Assembly (NCBI GenBank): GCA_964247135.1
Contig: CAXTTL010000092.1
Location: forward strand, 1 to 17,308
Length of the DNA stretch: 17,308 bases
Direction: 5' to 3'
Origin: an uncultured Deinococcales bacterium
GTDB lineage: Bacteria > Deinococcota > Deinococci > Deinococcales > JAAFIG01
The position numbers were made by a program, and so were the translations under genes. Below the pieces are notes generated by a model. It had not been told where the DNA came from, searched no databases, and saw only the letters and a list, made by a program, of their open reading frames with translations. This document shows positions 8,600-17,031 of the stretch, in pieces. Numbering within the stretch: the stretch's first letter is position 1; each line of letters opens with the position of its first letter.

Positions 8600-8709
8600 C
8601 GGTATTCAATGTGACTTAACCGTGATGCGGTGTTTTCAAATGGTGAAGAGCTGGTCACGAATGCCATCGGTGCTAAATTAGAATAAATTTTTCACGAACA
8701 TAAAATAAT

Positions 8710-8725
8710 CGTGATATATTTCACA
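8710..8725. promoter_or_regulatory. CRP-type binding site
   Basis: CGTGA-TATATT-TCACA, one mismatch from TGTGA-N6-TCACA, in AT-rich intergenic DNA about 150 bp upstream of smpB. Confidence 0.6.
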
Positions 8726-8873
8726 AGCACTGCCGCCAATAATAAGGGCTTTTTTATTGATTTTGCCCACATCTTCAAGGAATGAGTGACGTGCTCATGC
8801 AGGTGTGGGTACAATAACCAAGCACTCGAGACAGTTTTGGAAAAATATGTTTTACTCAGCAGGGGAGAAGTCA

Positions 8874-9299
8874 ATGTTCGAAAATCGACGTGCCAGATTT
8901 GAATACGAACTGCTTGAGCGTTTTGAGGCAGGTCTTGTCTTAAAAGGCACCGAAATCAAAAGCGTGCGGGTCAACGGTTTGGACTTCAGGGACAGCTTCG
9001 CTCGGTTTCAAAACAACGAACTTTTTTTGGAGAGTCTGTATATTCCCCCCCTCGAGAAAGCCTCATACAACAACCACGACCCGCGCCGCAACCGCAAATT
9101 ACTCTTGCACCGCAAAGAACTCGAGACACTGAAAGTCGCGGTTGCCCGCAAAGGTTTAAGCATCGTTCCAGTTAAAATGTATTTTAAAGAGGGACGCTTA
9201 AAGCTCGAGATTGCCCTCGCCAGGGGCAAGAAACTGCACGACAAGCGCGAGGCAGAAAAAACCAAAGAGGCAAAACGCGAAATGGAGCGTTTCCGATGA
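8874..9299 (+). CDS. smpB: SsrA-binding protein SmpB
   Basis: ENRRARFEYELLERFEAGLVLKGTEIKS, NHDPRRNRKLLLH and ARGKKLHDKRE. ATG 8874 is preceded by an AGGGGAG RBS, so it is preferred over the track start at 8805. Confidence 0.97.
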   Translation: MFENRRARFEYELLERFEAGLVLKGTEIKSVRVNGLDFRDSFARFQNNELFLESLYIPPLEKASYNNHDPRRNRKLLLHRKELETLKVAVARKGLSIVPVKMYFKEGRLKLEIALARGKKLHDKREAEKTKEAKREMERFR

Positions 9300-10765
9300 A
9301 GTTGCTCGGCAAAAAAATCTCGAGCCTGGTGCTCAGTCTGGTCATAATATTTCTGGCATTTGCGGTCGCGCAAAACGTTGCCCCCAGCAAAGTTTTGATG
9401 GTCGGGACAACGAAGCTCAAAGCAATTTTCCCTGGCGGAAACAACGTTGCCTACACCTCCGTCGCAGAATTTGCCACGGCTTTGGGTCTGGATTTAAATA
9501 TCACCAACGATTCGGTGATTTTGATTCAGGGCGGTCGGACCATTGGTTTGACCCTAATTGAATCTGCCAGCGACGCCAGCACCTATACCAAGGCGCTCGA
9601 GATCAACGGCATCAAATCAAAAGGGCAAGCCGCCGGGCGCAGTGTGAATACCGTTGTCGTGCCAGTCAAAGCCGTCGCCGAGGCGGCAGGCGCAAGCGTA
9701 TCGGATTCTGGCAATCAAATTGATGTCTTGATTGATCCCGCCATCCTCAAAGGCGTGGGCAAAGAGACTGGACTGACCTCGGACCGGGTGGCATTGTCAC
9801 TTTCTCGAGATGTCGGTTTTACCTCAAGGATCGAAGGCGATACCTTGGTGGTGTACTTGCGCAATACTGTGGGCGAAAACAACCCTTGGGAGGTGGGCGG
9901 CAAATACATTGATGTCTTAAACATCAACACCGTCGGCAATAAAGTCGAGGTTCGTACCAAACTCGCGCCAACCGTGGGTTACAACGTTTACGGTATCGCG
10001 GCGAGTGAAGGCAATGACGGTCAACCGATTCCGGCTCGGGTGGTGATCGACGTTGGCACGCGTTATGAGCGCATCACGACGGCTTTGGATTCGCATCCGA
10101 TATCGGTGGTTTTGGACCCTGGACACGGCGCCGATGATGTTGGGGTCAGAAATGAGAGCTTAAAAGAAAAAGACCTGACCTTGAGGTTCGCTCAACTGGT
10201 CGGCAAACTTCTGACCAGCAAAGGCATCAACGTCAAATACACCCGCACCAACGACAGCAACCCGAGTTTGGACGAGCGCCGCGAAATGAGCCTGACCAGC
10301 GACGTCTTCCTGAGTTTTCACGCCTCCAACTTGCCTGGCTCGAGCATCTCTGGGGTGCAGATTTACCACCTTGGCGCGGTTGCGCCCGACGGCATCGTCA
10401 AAGGCGCTCGAGAGGCGCTGGAAAAAGAGACCAATCCGTCCAACAAACGTCACCTCGAGGCGATTGTCGCCCCGAGCAATGCCAGTGGTGTGCTGGCAGA
10501 AGCCATCAGCTCGAATGTCATGACCAATCCAGATGTTTTTGCCAGCGTGCTCTCGGGGCAGTCTCAAGTCGTGCTCGAGCGGGCATCCAAAGCCGCGAAT
10601 TTGATCGAGTTGGGGTTCTTGTCTGACGTCAAAGACCGTGCCCGTTTGGAAGACCAGGTCGAACTCAAAAAACTGGCATTGACCGTTATGCGCGGCGTGA
10701 TGGCGTATTTGGCTCCGCAATTGGCAACGATCAAAAAGCCAATCAAACGGGCGGCGAACAAATGA
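9296..10765 (+). CDS. Secreted N-acetylmuramoyl-L-alanine amidase (Amidase_3) with N-terminal accessory domains
   Basis: Signal peptide plus a C-terminal catalytic domain retaining the Zn and catalytic residues: VVLDPGHG, EKDLTL, FLSFHA, LIELGF. ATGA overlap with smpB. Confidence 0.88.
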   Translation: MKLLGKKISSLVLSLVIIFLAFAVAQNVAPSKVLMVGTTKLKAIFPGGNNVAYTSVAEFATALGLDLNITNDSVILIQGGRTIGLTLIESASDASTYTKALEINGIKSKGQAAGRSVNTVVVPVKAVAEAAGASVSDSGNQIDVLIDPAILKGVGKETGLTSDRVALSLSRDVGFTSRIEGDTLVVYLRNTVGENNPWEVGGKYIDVLNINTVGNKVEVRTKLAPTVGYNVYGIAASEGNDGQPIPARVVIDVGTRYERITTALDSHPISVVLDPGHGADDVGVRNESLKEKDLTLRFAQLVGKLLTSKGINVKYTRTNDSNPSLDERREMSLTSDVFLSFHASNLPGSSISGVQIYHLGAVAPDGIVKGAREALEKETNPSNKRHLEAIVAPSNASGVLAEAISSNVMTNPDVFASVLSGQSQVVLERASKAANLIELGFLSDVKDRARLEDQVELKKLALTVMRGVMAYLAPQLATIKKPIKRAANK

Positions 10766-11364
10766 ACGTTTGGAAGTACCTCAAACGCATCCCTGGTTGG
10801 CTTGTGACCCCCTGGAACATCATTGCCCTGATGTTGTTTGTGGTGATGTTCTTGATTCGCACCTCGCAATTGCAACCCGTCATCGTCCAACTCGATCCGT
10901 CGCTCACCGGAGCGCAAGAAAAGGGCGATGTCCAACTCGAGATGAAATTGTATTACTCGAGTTTGGACGCCAAGCGTTTTGTGATCGAAACCCGCAACGC
11001 CAGGCTTGAAAGCGATGCCCTGACGATCCGAGCCAGCCGCACCGTCAACGAGTGGTTTGCTGGACCGAGCGGCAAAGAATCGTTCAGCCCTTTTCCGAGC
11101 AATCTCTCCGGTTTGGACGTGCAAAAACCGGTCGTGTTCGCCCGCAAAGACACGGTCTTCGTCAGCGTGCCCAAAGTCTGGCGCTCAATTCAACTGGGCA
11201 GCAACGGCGAATTGCTGCTGTATTGCGGTCTGGCGAACAGTTTACTCGACCTCAAGGATGTCAAAAACGTGCAGTTTCTCGAGGATGGGAAAAGAGTTGA
11301 AACCATCGGTGGGCACCTCAGCACCCTGCAACCGTTGACCCTCAAAGAATGTCGTGGTGGTTGA
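10762..11364 (+). CDS. Membrane-anchored GerMN-domain-like protein
   Basis: N-terminal TM segment, MKLYYS, then ELLLYCGLANSLLDLKDVKNVQFLEDGKRVETIGGH, which resembles the GerMN C-terminal motif. Overlaps the amidase stop codon. Confidence 0.7.
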   Translation: MNVWKYLKRIPGWLVTPWNIIALMLFVVMFLIRTSQLQPVIVQLDPSLTGAQEKGDVQLEMKLYYSSLDAKRFVIETRNARLESDALTIRASRTVNEWFAGPSGKESFSPFPSNLSGLDVQKPVVFARKDTVFVSVPKVWRSIQLGSNGELLLYCGLANSLLDLKDVKNVQFLEDGKRVETIGGHLSTLQPLTLKECRGG

Positions 11365-11367
11365 TTT

Positions 11368-14300
11368 GTGAGCGTGCGGGTGCGGTCGGTCACCATTGCC
11401 GGTTTTAAATCCTTTGGCGAAAAAGTCAGGCTCGAGTTTCACCCCAAAGTCAACGCGGTGATCGGACCGAACGGTTCGGGCAAGTCGAACGTCATTGAAG
11501 GGATTCGCTGGGCTTCACACACCGCCAGAACCAGGGAATTGCGGGTGCGTGAAAGCACCGAACTGATCTTTCACGGTTCACTCGGCAAGGCGCCGCTCGG
11601 CATGGCGGAGGTCGAACTCGAACTTGAGCAATTTGAGGGGGCAAACCTGAGCATTGCGCGGCGTTTGTACCGCGACGGCGACAGCGACCTCGAGTTGGCG
11701 GGCAAAACCATTCGGGTGCGGGATTTGCACGATGTCCTGCGCGGCTCTGGGCTTGGACCTGGCGGGCTGGCGGTCGTCGGTCAGGGCGAAATCGGCGCGG
11801 TGATCGGCGCCAACCCCGAAACCATGCTCGGTTACCTCGAGGAGGCGGCGGGTTTGTCGCGCGCCACGCACCGCCGCGCCCAAAGCATCGAGCGGCTCGA
11901 GCAGGCAAAGCTTCATTTGGAACGCGCAATGGATTTAAGCCTCGAGGTCAAGCAGCGCGTGTTGAAACTCGAGAAAGACGCGGGTGCCGCGCTCGAGGCG
12001 GCAAGCTTAAATTTGGAAGTCAAAACCCTTGAGGCAGCCATTCAACGCCAGCGCATTCGGACGTTGCGCGATGAAATTGCGGTGCTCGAGAGAGAAAGCC
12101 AGGAAACCCAGACGCTCTCAAACCAAGCCTCAACCAGCATTCAAGCTGCCAGCCAGGGACTCGAGCAAACACGAATCAAGCGCGAAACCGTCCAACTCGA
12201 GTTCGCCAAGCGCAGCGCCGAGGTCGCGCGACTTCAAGGCGAGGCGAGGGCGCTCCGTGAACGCGCCAGCGCCGCCGATTCCAACTTGCAGGGTTTAGAG
12301 CGCGAACAACAAAACCTCGAGGTTGAACAGCAAAACCTCGCAAAACTCGAGCCTCCAATGCCGCCAGCGACGCCCGAGGACAACCTTTCCAAGCTCGAGA
12401 AAGCGCTTGAAGATGCCCGTTTTGCCTTGCGGGATGCCGAGAGACAAGAATTGCAAGCGCGAAAAAATTACGGGGAAGCCCGAACACGGCGCGATTCTGA
12501 ATTGCAAGAATCCAGCCAACGCCGCGAGAAAATGGCAGCCATGACCGCCGAGCGCGAAACGATTCTGGTTGAGTTCAACACCTGCCAAACCGAACTGGAA
12601 ACCATTCAAAACGAACTTCTCAACGCGCAAAGCCACGCCGACGACGCTCGAGCCGAATTTGAAGCCTCGAACAAGATGCTCGACAAACTCGAGCGCGAAT
12701 CGAGCCTGGTTTCCGGTCGCATCTCCGAAAACGGCACTCGAGCCGCCGAGTTGCGGGCGGCGCGGACCCCGATTCAAAAAGAATACGCACGCCTCGAGGC
12801 GACCCGTCAATCTCGAGCCAATTTATCCGAAGGTCCGCGCAAAGCCCTCAATTCTAAAGTCGAGGGCATCATTGGACCGGTCGCCGATTTGATTGCTGTT
12901 CCCGAGTACCTCGAGACGGCGCTGGGCGCAGCCCTGGGTCGGCGCATCGAACAGATTGTGGTGCAAAATGGTGAGGTCGCCAAAACCGTGATCGAGCACC
13001 TCAAGCGCATCGGTGGACGCGCCACATTTTTGCCGCTCGAGATTTTGCGGGCGCGACCAAGACGCGAAAGCCCAATCTCGAGCGAAAAGGGCGTGCTGGG
13101 TTATGCCGCCGATTTGATCGGGTCCGAATACCGCATTGTGGTGGACACCTTGCTGGGCGATACGCTGGTGATCGAAAATCTGGACATCGCCCTCAAACTC
13201 GCCAAAAAACATCCGAACCGCCCGAGGCTGGTGACGCTCGAGGGTGAATTGCTCGAGGCGGGCGGCGCGGTCACCGGCGGTAAAGGACGTGACACGGCAG
13301 GGGAGACGTTCGCCGAAAATCGGCGTTTGTTTGAAGCCAAAGCCGAACTCGAGCGACTCGAGCAAGATTTAACCGCGATTGAGCAGATTTTGCTCGAAGA
13401 CCGCGACGCTGCCCAAAGCAGCCGCGAGGCGGTGGTCCGAGCCGATCAGCGCCTCAAGAACAACCGCGAACACCTTGACGCGACACGCGACAGCATTCTG
13501 GCGCTCGAAACCCGTCGGGACAGCCTGAACAGCCGTGTGGCGCAACTCGAGCTGAGGTTGAAAAACCTGCCGAGCACAGCGGAGAGCGAACTCGAGCCAG
13601 GAATTTCTGGCATTGACCTCTCGCCGCTCGAAAGCTTGATTGTCGCCGCCAGCGATAGCCTGGCGCACGCTCGAGAATTGGAGCGAAACGCCGACGCGAG
13701 TCTTCGTGAGGCGCGTCAAAAACTCGCGGTCTTTGCCGAACAACAACGCACCTTTGACATGGCGATGGCACGGTTTCAACAATCCAAATCGCGCCTCGAA
13801 CTCATCCGCACCAGGCTCGAGGAACTGCATTTGGCACAACTCGAGATTGAGCACCGATTGTCTGAAGCCAACCCAGAGATTTTGCGCTTGGAAGAACTCG
13901 CAAAATCCCTCGACCTCGACGTGAGCCGAGCCGAACTGACCAACCTCGAGACCGAGCGCAAACAGCTCGAAATTGAACTCGCCAACCAAACCCGTATTTT
14001 ATCCGAAACCCGCGAAAAACTCGAGGCGCAAAAACTTGCCAAGGCACGCCGTGAAGCCAACCTCGAGACATTGGTGCAAGAATTGCTGGGACGCGATCTT
14101 GAACCTGAACCCCCAACTGAAACCGAACTTCAAGCCTTGCTCGAGCAAGCCAACCCCGAAGGCACGCCGCGAACTTGGGCGGCTCGAGTCAACCAGATTC
14201 GCAGCCGACTGAGTGAGCTGGGTGCGGTCAACCCGCTCGCCAAAGACGAATTTGAAATTGAATCCAAACGCCTGATCGAGTTGGAAGCGGGCATCGCCGA

Positions 14301-14850
14301 TTCCAGCGCCGCCGTGATTGAGCTTGAAAGCGCCCTCGACCAACTCGAGCGCGAAGTCACCAGCAAACTCCGCGAAAGCATCAAACGCGTGACCGAAGCC
14401 TTCCGCGCCCATATCCTCGAGCTGCTGGGCGGCGAGGGCGAAGTCGAACTGGTGCGCGACGAGGCGGGGGCGCTCGAGGGTCTGGCGTTGCGCGTGACGC
14501 CTAAAGGCAAACGCACACGATCACTGCATTTGCTCTCCACCGGCGAACGCACGATGGCGGCACTCGGATTTTTGTTTGCCCTCGCCCAAGCGCCCGAGGA
14601 TTCTCGAGGCTTGCCGCTGGCGGTGCTCGATGAGGTTGACGCACCGCTCGACGAAGCCAACATTCGGCGCTTTACGCAATTTTTAAGGCTTCTTGCCGAC
14701 AAAGGCACACAGTTTATTTTGGTCACACACCAAAAAGCCACGATGGAAATTGCCGACGCGCTCTGGGGGGTGACCACGGATGCGGGCGGCGTCTCGAGGA
14801 CGTTTAGCATCCGAAATGAATCCATTGAAGCATATGCTGTTGCGCGATGA
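11368..14850 (+). CDS. smc: Chromosome segregation protein SMC
   Basis: 1160 aa with GFKSF, Walker A GPNGSGKSN, long coiled coils, a hinge (GRATFLPL, LVTLEGELLEAGGAVTGG), LGAVNPLA, signature LSTGE and Walker B/D-loop VLDEVDAPLDEAN. Confidence 0.95.
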   Translation: MSVRVRSVTIAGFKSFGEKVRLEFHPKVNAVIGPNGSGKSNVIEGIRWASHTARTRELRVRESTELIFHGSLGKAPLGMAEVELELEQFEGANLSIARRLYRDGDSDLELAGKTIRVRDLHDVLRGSGLGPGGLAVVGQGEIGAVIGANPETMLGYLEEAAGLSRATHRRAQSIERLEQAKLHLERAMDLSLEVKQRVLKLEKDAGAALEAASLNLEVKTLEAAIQRQRIRTLRDEIAVLERESQETQTLSNQASTSIQAASQGLEQTRIKRETVQLEFAKRSAEVARLQGEARALRERASAADSNLQGLEREQQNLEVEQQNLAKLEPPMPPATPEDNLSKLEKALEDARFALRDAERQELQARKNYGEARTRRDSELQESSQRREKMAAMTAERETILVEFNTCQTELETIQNELLNAQSHADDARAEFEASNKMLDKLERESSLVSGRISENGTRAAELRAARTPIQKEYARLEATRQSRANLSEGPRKALNSKVEGIIGPVADLIAVPEYLETALGAALGRRIEQIVVQNGEVAKTVIEHLKRIGGRATFLPLEILRARPRRESPISSEKGVLGYAADLIGSEYRIVVDTLLGDTLVIENLDIALKLAKKHPNRPRLVTLEGELLEAGGAVTGGKGRDTAGETFAENRRLFEAKAELERLEQDLTAIEQILLEDRDAAQSSREAVVRADQRLKNNREHLDATRDSILALETRRDSLNSRVAQLELRLKNLPSTAESELEPGISGIDLSPLESLIVAASDSLAHARELERNADASLREARQKLAVFAEQQRTFDMAMARFQQSKSRLELIRTRLEELHLAQLEIEHRLSEANPEILRLEELAKSLDLDVSRAELTNLETERKQLEIELANQTRILSETREKLEAQKLAKARREANLETLVQELLGRDLEPEPPTETELQALLEQANPEGTPRTWAARVNQIRSRLSELGAVNPLAKDEFEIESKRLIELEAGIADSSAAVIELESALDQLEREVTSKLRESIKRVTEAFRAHILELLGGEGEVELVRDEAGALEGLALRVTPKGKRTRSLHLLSTGERTMAALGFLFALAQAPEDSRGLPLAVLDEVDAPLDEANIRRFTQFLRLLADKGTQFILVTHQKATMEIADALWGVTTDAGGVSRTFSIRNESIEAYAVAR

Positions 14851-14896
14851 GGTTGTTTTCAGTGTAAGATTTTCGTCTTGAAGAACGGAGGTTGCC

Positions 14897-15745
14897 ATGA
14901 GCGAAAACAAGCAAGTCTGGCTGATCACGGGGGCGGGTCGCGGTCTGGGCGTAGACATCGCCAAGGCTGCTCTCGCCGCTGGACATGCCGTCGTTGCCAC
15001 TGGACGCGACCCGCAAAAGATCGCTACAGCCATCGGGGCGCATGACCATCTGCTCAGTGTCAAACTGGACGTGACCAACTCGGACGATGCTCAGGCTGCG
15101 GTGCGGTCTGCGGTTGAGCGCTTTGGTAGATTGGATGTGCTGGTGAACAATGCGGGAAACTTTTTCGCCGGATTTTTCGAGGAACTCAGCCCGCAGCAGG
15201 TTCGGAGCCAGATTGAAACATTGCTGTTTGGTCCGATGAATGTCACCCGTGCCGCCTTACCCGAAATGCGAAAACAGCGTTCCGGTTTGGTGATGACCAT
15301 CTCATCGACCGCTGGACTCCAGGGGCAGGCATTCTGTACAGCTTACGCGGCGGCAAAGTTTGGTATCGAAGGCTGGATGGAATCACTCACGCCTGAGATT
15401 GCCCCCTTCGGTCTCAAAACGATGCTGGTCGAACCAGGTTTTTTCCGAACAGAACTCCTCTCCGACGGTTCCACCACCTATGCCGAACCGCATCTGGAGG
15501 ACTACGCCGAGAAGACCAGGGAAACCGTCACCGCCTGGAATGGCATGAACGGTCAGCAGACCGGTGATCCCATCAAGCTCGCCCGCGCCCTGGTAAACCT
15601 CGCGGCGCGAGATGAGCCGCCTGTGCGCTTTGCCGCCGGCGCCGATGCCGTAGCCGTTTTCGAGCAGAAGGCAAAGGACTTGCTCGCTCAGGCGGGTGCT
15701 CACCGTGAACTCTCGAGCAGCCTTGCGCTCGAAGGTGAAGCATGA
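14897..15745 (+). CDS. Short-chain dehydrogenase/reductase (classical SDR)
   Basis: TGAGRGLG, DVLVNNAG, YAAAK catalytic motif and VEPGFFRT. GGAGG RBS upstream. Confidence 0.95.
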   Translation: MSENKQVWLITGAGRGLGVDIAKAALAAGHAVVATGRDPQKIATAIGAHDHLLSVKLDVTNSDDAQAAVRSAVERFGRLDVLVNNAGNFFAGFFEELSPQQVRSQIETLLFGPMNVTRAALPEMRKQRSGLVMTISSTAGLQGQAFCTAYAAAKFGIEGWMESLTPEIAPFGLKTMLVEPGFFRTELLSDGSTTYAEPHLEDYAEKTRETVTAWNGMNGQQTGDPIKLARALVNLAARDEPPVRFAAGADAVAVFEQKAKDLLAQAGAHRELSSSLALEGEA

Positions 15746-15834
15746 ATCCCACCGATTACGCCCGCTGAGGATTCGCCTTAATGCTCGAGAAGAAATAAAT
15801 CATTTGATATTGTTTTTCTAAAAATGAAAACCAG

Positions 15835-15850
15835 AAAAATTGCAATTTTT
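15835..15850. repeat. Perfect 16-bp palindrome AAAAATTGCAATTTTT
   Basis: Read directly from the sequence; self-complementary. Confidence 0.85.
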
Positions 15851-15888
15851 TATCGTCTGGCTGAAAAAACCGTGGCAGACGATAAAAA
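15847..15888. repeat. 13-bp perfect inverted repeat with 16-bp spacer
   Basis: TTTTTATCGTCTG (15847-15859) and CAGACGATAAAAA (15876-15888). Confidence 0.85.
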
Positions 15889-15919
15889 TCATCATTCACG
15901 CTAAAAGCCGTTTTAAGCC

Positions 15920-15961
15920 CCCTCGAGATTGGCTCGAGGGTTCTCACACCCTCTCACACCC
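15920..15961. repeat. Double-CTCGAG hairpin followed by a 10-bp tandem repeat
   Basis: CCCTCGAG-ATTGG-CTCGAGGG (15920-15940), then TCTCACACCC x2 (15942-15961), directly after the recombinase stop codon. Confidence 0.7.
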
Positions 15962-15972
15962 CAGAATTTTGG

Positions 15973-17031
15973 TTACCCTGCTTCATCACGCATCGATTCC
16001 ATCTTCTCGAGCGCCTCACGCCGAACGTCCATGTCCATTTTGGCGTAAATCGCGCTGGTGTTCACACTGGCATGACCGAGCACGTCGGCAACCACATGCA
16101 AATCCCTGGTGGCACGGTACAGGTGCGTGCCTGCCGTGCGGCGCAACGTGTGCAATCCCCACATGGCGGCGGGCAAACCCATGCTTTGATAATAACCTTT
16201 GGCAATAAACCTCGCCCCGTCGGTGGTTAATCGTTTGCCACCCGAGTCATTTCTCGAGACTGAAACCAACAACGCCGTTTCAGACGATGCGATTTCATTT
16301 CTTAAAACCATCCCGTGACGAACCTCGAGCCAGGATTTGAGCATTCCCACGATGTTTTTAGAGAGCGGAATAAAGCGTTGTTTGCCGCCCTTGCCCGATT
16401 TTACGGTCAATCGTTTGACACCCATTTCAATGTCACTCACGTTTAAACTGACAATTTCCATTGCCCGTAAACCCGCCGAACCACCCAAAGCCAACAGCAG
16501 CACATCTCGAGCGTGGCGGGCATCATCCACGCCGTACTTCAGGGCTGGAGCCTCAAGCAAATCGCGGTACAAGGCAGGGGAGAGCGCATTTTTTCTCGAG
16601 TGGGCGGGCGTTGGGTCTTTGGGCGGTCTGACCTCCCCCGCCGGATTGCCGCTGGCGGCTTTCGCCCAAATGAGGGCACGGTACATGGCGCGTAAGCCAT
16701 ACAAATAAGCGGCGATTGAACCTGGCGTCAAACCTTCCTGCTGCAAACCCACCATCCAGAATTCGATGTCTTCAGCCTCGAGCCGCGTCAATTCGAGCCT
16801 TGCGCCGTCCGTGTTGGCGAATTCGAGGAAACGCCGTACTGCCAGTTCGTACAGCCGTCTGGTGTCTGGCGAGGTGTCGGCTTTGCGCGAGCTTTTCAGC
16901 GTCAGATAATGGTTGAGAAGCTCGAGCAAGGTTTTTTCGTCTTGGTCGTGCGCGGCACGTACCGCTTCGCGTTTGCGGTTTTCGGAATTTTGAAACTTAG
17001 AAACCAGTTGAAGCTCGAATTTGCCGCTCAC
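15973..17031 (-). CDS. Tyrosine recombinase/integrase (XerC/D-like)
   Basis: 352 aa with a SAM-like N-domain (SPDTRRLY..AVRRF) and a complete catalytic set: GLRAMEI (R), SGKGGK (K), LHTLRR (HxxR), VLGHAS (H), SAIYA (Y). Confidence 0.93.
   Translation of the reverse strand: MSGKFELQLVSKFQNSENRKREAVRAAHDQDEKTLLELLNHYLTLKSSRKADTSPDTRRLYELAVRRFLEFANTDGARLELTRLEAEDIEFWMVGLQQEGLTPGSIAAYLYGLRAMYRALIWAKAASGNPAGEVRPPKDPTPAHSRKNALSPALYRDLLEAPALKYGVDDARHARDVLLLALGGSAGLRAMEIVSLNVSDIEMGVKRLTVKSGKGGKQRFIPLSKNIVGMLKSWLEVRHGMVLRNEIASSETALLVSVSRNDSGGKRLTTDGARFIAKGYYQSMGLPAAMWGLHTLRRTAGTHLYRATRDLHVVADVLGHASVNTSAIYAKMDMDVRREALEKMESMRDEAG

Larger units (their letters stand above)
13..16926. repeat. Highly iterated palindrome CTCGAG (XhoI site), about 129 dispersed copies
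   Basis: Manual line-by-line count of about 129 versus about 4-5 expected from length and base composition. Present in coding and intergenic DNA. Confidence 0.95.

Noticed and set aside
7758-8631. GTGATGCGGT on both sides of the ABC ATPase (7758-7767 and 8622-8631) as a target-site duplication
   Set aside because: 10-bp matches are expected many times by chance in 17 kb, and there is no transposase or terminal repeat.
8600-8873. tmRNA (ssrA) next to smpB
   Set aside because: The spacer is AT-rich and shorter than a typical tmRNA, with no GGGG 5' end paired to a T-arm/CCA 3' end.
9296-10765. Amidase as a catalytically inactive variant
   Set aside because: All four expected residues (H, E, H, E) are present.
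1500-14825. Many long antisense or overlapping ORFs inside the gcv genes, amidase and smc
   Set aside because: Typical shadow ORFs of GC-rich codon usage, with no independent coding evidence.
15756-16208. ORFs 15756-15947 (-) and 15840-16208 (+)
   Set aside because: No motifs. They run through the structured AT-rich spacer or antisense to the recombinase.
13-16926. CTCGAG copies as a CRISPR array, REP element or cloning scar
   Set aside because: The motif is only 6 bp, irregularly spaced, has variable flanks and is embedded in intact reading frames of conserved genes.
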